Source: a bacterium (lineage in GTDB: Bacteria; UBP15; UBA6099). Taken from it: 64,000 nt of DNA. Positions 63,461 through 64,000 of this stretch are shown in pieces. The stretch spans positions 72,731 to 136,730 of the forward strand of contig JAKQPS010000037.1 of assembly GCA_029564595.1 (NCBI GenBank), given 5' to 3'. The position numbers and the translations under genes were made by a program. Below the pieces are notes generated by a model, which was not told the DNA's origin, made no database searches, and saw only the letters and a program-made list of their open reading frames with translations. Within the stretch, counting starts at the first letter, position 1. Each line of letters opens with the position of its first letter.

Positions 63461-64000
63461 CTACTGCTCCGAAAACACGTATTCGAAAAGAAAACCGCCG
63501 CCGACCGTCGCCGCCACCGCGTACGCGGCGAGGAAGACCAGTTCCCCGCCGCCAGTCCACGGGGCCGCCTCCGCCAGCGACATGCCGGTCGCCCGCACAG
63601 CCGTTAAAAACACCGGCATCAGCGCCGGAAACGCGAGCACGGGGAACAACATGCCGCGCGCCCGCGCCTGCGCCACTATGGCCGACAGCAGCGCGCTCAC
63701 CGCCGAAAGCCCGACGGTCGCCAGCGTCGTAGTCAGCGCGAAATACCCGACATGGCGCATATTAACATTGAGCAATATTATAAACAACGGGGCCACTATC
63801 ACAATCACGGACGACATCAGCAGAAAATTCATCGCGGTTTTTCCGTAAAAAACGTGATCCGCCCGGCAACACAGCCTAAGCGTGTTCATCGTCCCTTTGT
63901 CTTCTTCCTTAATAAACGCGCGGGACAGGCCGGTCATTGCCGAAAAGAAAAGGATGACCCATAGCATGGCAGACTGCAGCATCGGGTCGGTCACGGCGCC
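63461..64000 (-). CDS. ccmB: Heme exporter protein B (CcmB), C-terminal part; gene continues beyond window end
   Basis: Polytopic ABC-2-type membrane protein immediately upstream of ccmC. N-terminus lies outside the window. Confidence 0.6.
   Translation of the reverse strand, partial: GAVTDPMLQSAMLWVILFFSAMTGLSRAFIKEEDKGTMNTLRLCCRADHVFYGKTAMNFLLMSSVIVIVAPLFIILLNVNMRHVGYFALTTTLATVGLSAVSALLSAIVAQARARGMLFPVLAFPALMPVFLTAVRATGMSLAEAAPWTGGGELVFLAAYAVAATVGGGFLFEYVFSEQ

Noticed and set aside
63560-63560. Track start of ccmC at 63560 (MDWRRGTGLPRR...)
   Set aside because: It would overlap ccmB by ~100 nt and adds an Arg/Gly-rich non-membrane extension. The internal ATG at ~63458, immediately after the ccmB stop, matches the usual CcmC N-terminus.
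1-64000. CRISPR arrays, IS elements, integrases, prophage genes, rRNA genes
   Set aside because: No short regularly spaced direct repeats, no transposase/recombinase-like ORFs, no rRNA-like conserved stretches. The only repeats are the two interspersed hairpin families and protein-coding tandem repeats in 30401-31609.

Overview
This is a high-GC (by eye roughly 60-65%) bacterial chromosomal segment from a Gram-negative-type organism, inferred from an outer-membrane beta-barrel, a System I cytochrome c maturation operon and TolB-like and SLT domains. It is densely packed with housekeeping genes: topA (partial), dprA, pheA, maf, trpF, ndk, dacB, murI, hisG, ispD, mtnA, purN, rbgA, tRNA-Cys, purH and ccmBCDEF. 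These are interleaved with signalling and envelope genes: two PP2C-like proteins, an HD-GYP protein, STAS and response-regulator proteins, an ANTAR regulator, and a 1428-aa O-antigen-ligase/TPR fusion. Tungsten-type AOR and a B12-binding radical SAM enzyme suggest an anaerobe. No transposase, integrase, CRISPR array or rRNA is visible.

The non-ordinary content is as follows.
- Structured repeat family 1: a 264-360 bp multi-hairpin, MITE-like element present in 3 copies, all between convergent genes, with UUCG/GCAA tetraloops and compensatory stem changes between copies.
- Structured repeat family 2: a ~110 bp element (10-bp hairpin plus 36-nt perfect palindrome), also in 3 copies, that sits next to conspicuously AT-rich acquired gene cassettes.
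- First AT-rich cassette: a two-gene EEP-family nuclease plus 169-aa partner operon, flagged as a candidate toxin/immunity or defence module.
- Second AT-rich cassette: a single 160-aa gene bracketed by direct copies of family 2.
- A beta-class N4/N6 DNA methyltransferase fused, through a basic linker, to a degenerate SNase-like domain.
- Paralogous NIPA-like membrane proteins flanking an M23 peptidase.
- A divergent ThyA-family enzyme.
- Two FmdB zinc-ribbon paralogs with Cys/Gly/Ser tails.

The supplied ORF track misses the N-terminal part of topA (runs off the window edge) and the 35-aa ccmD.
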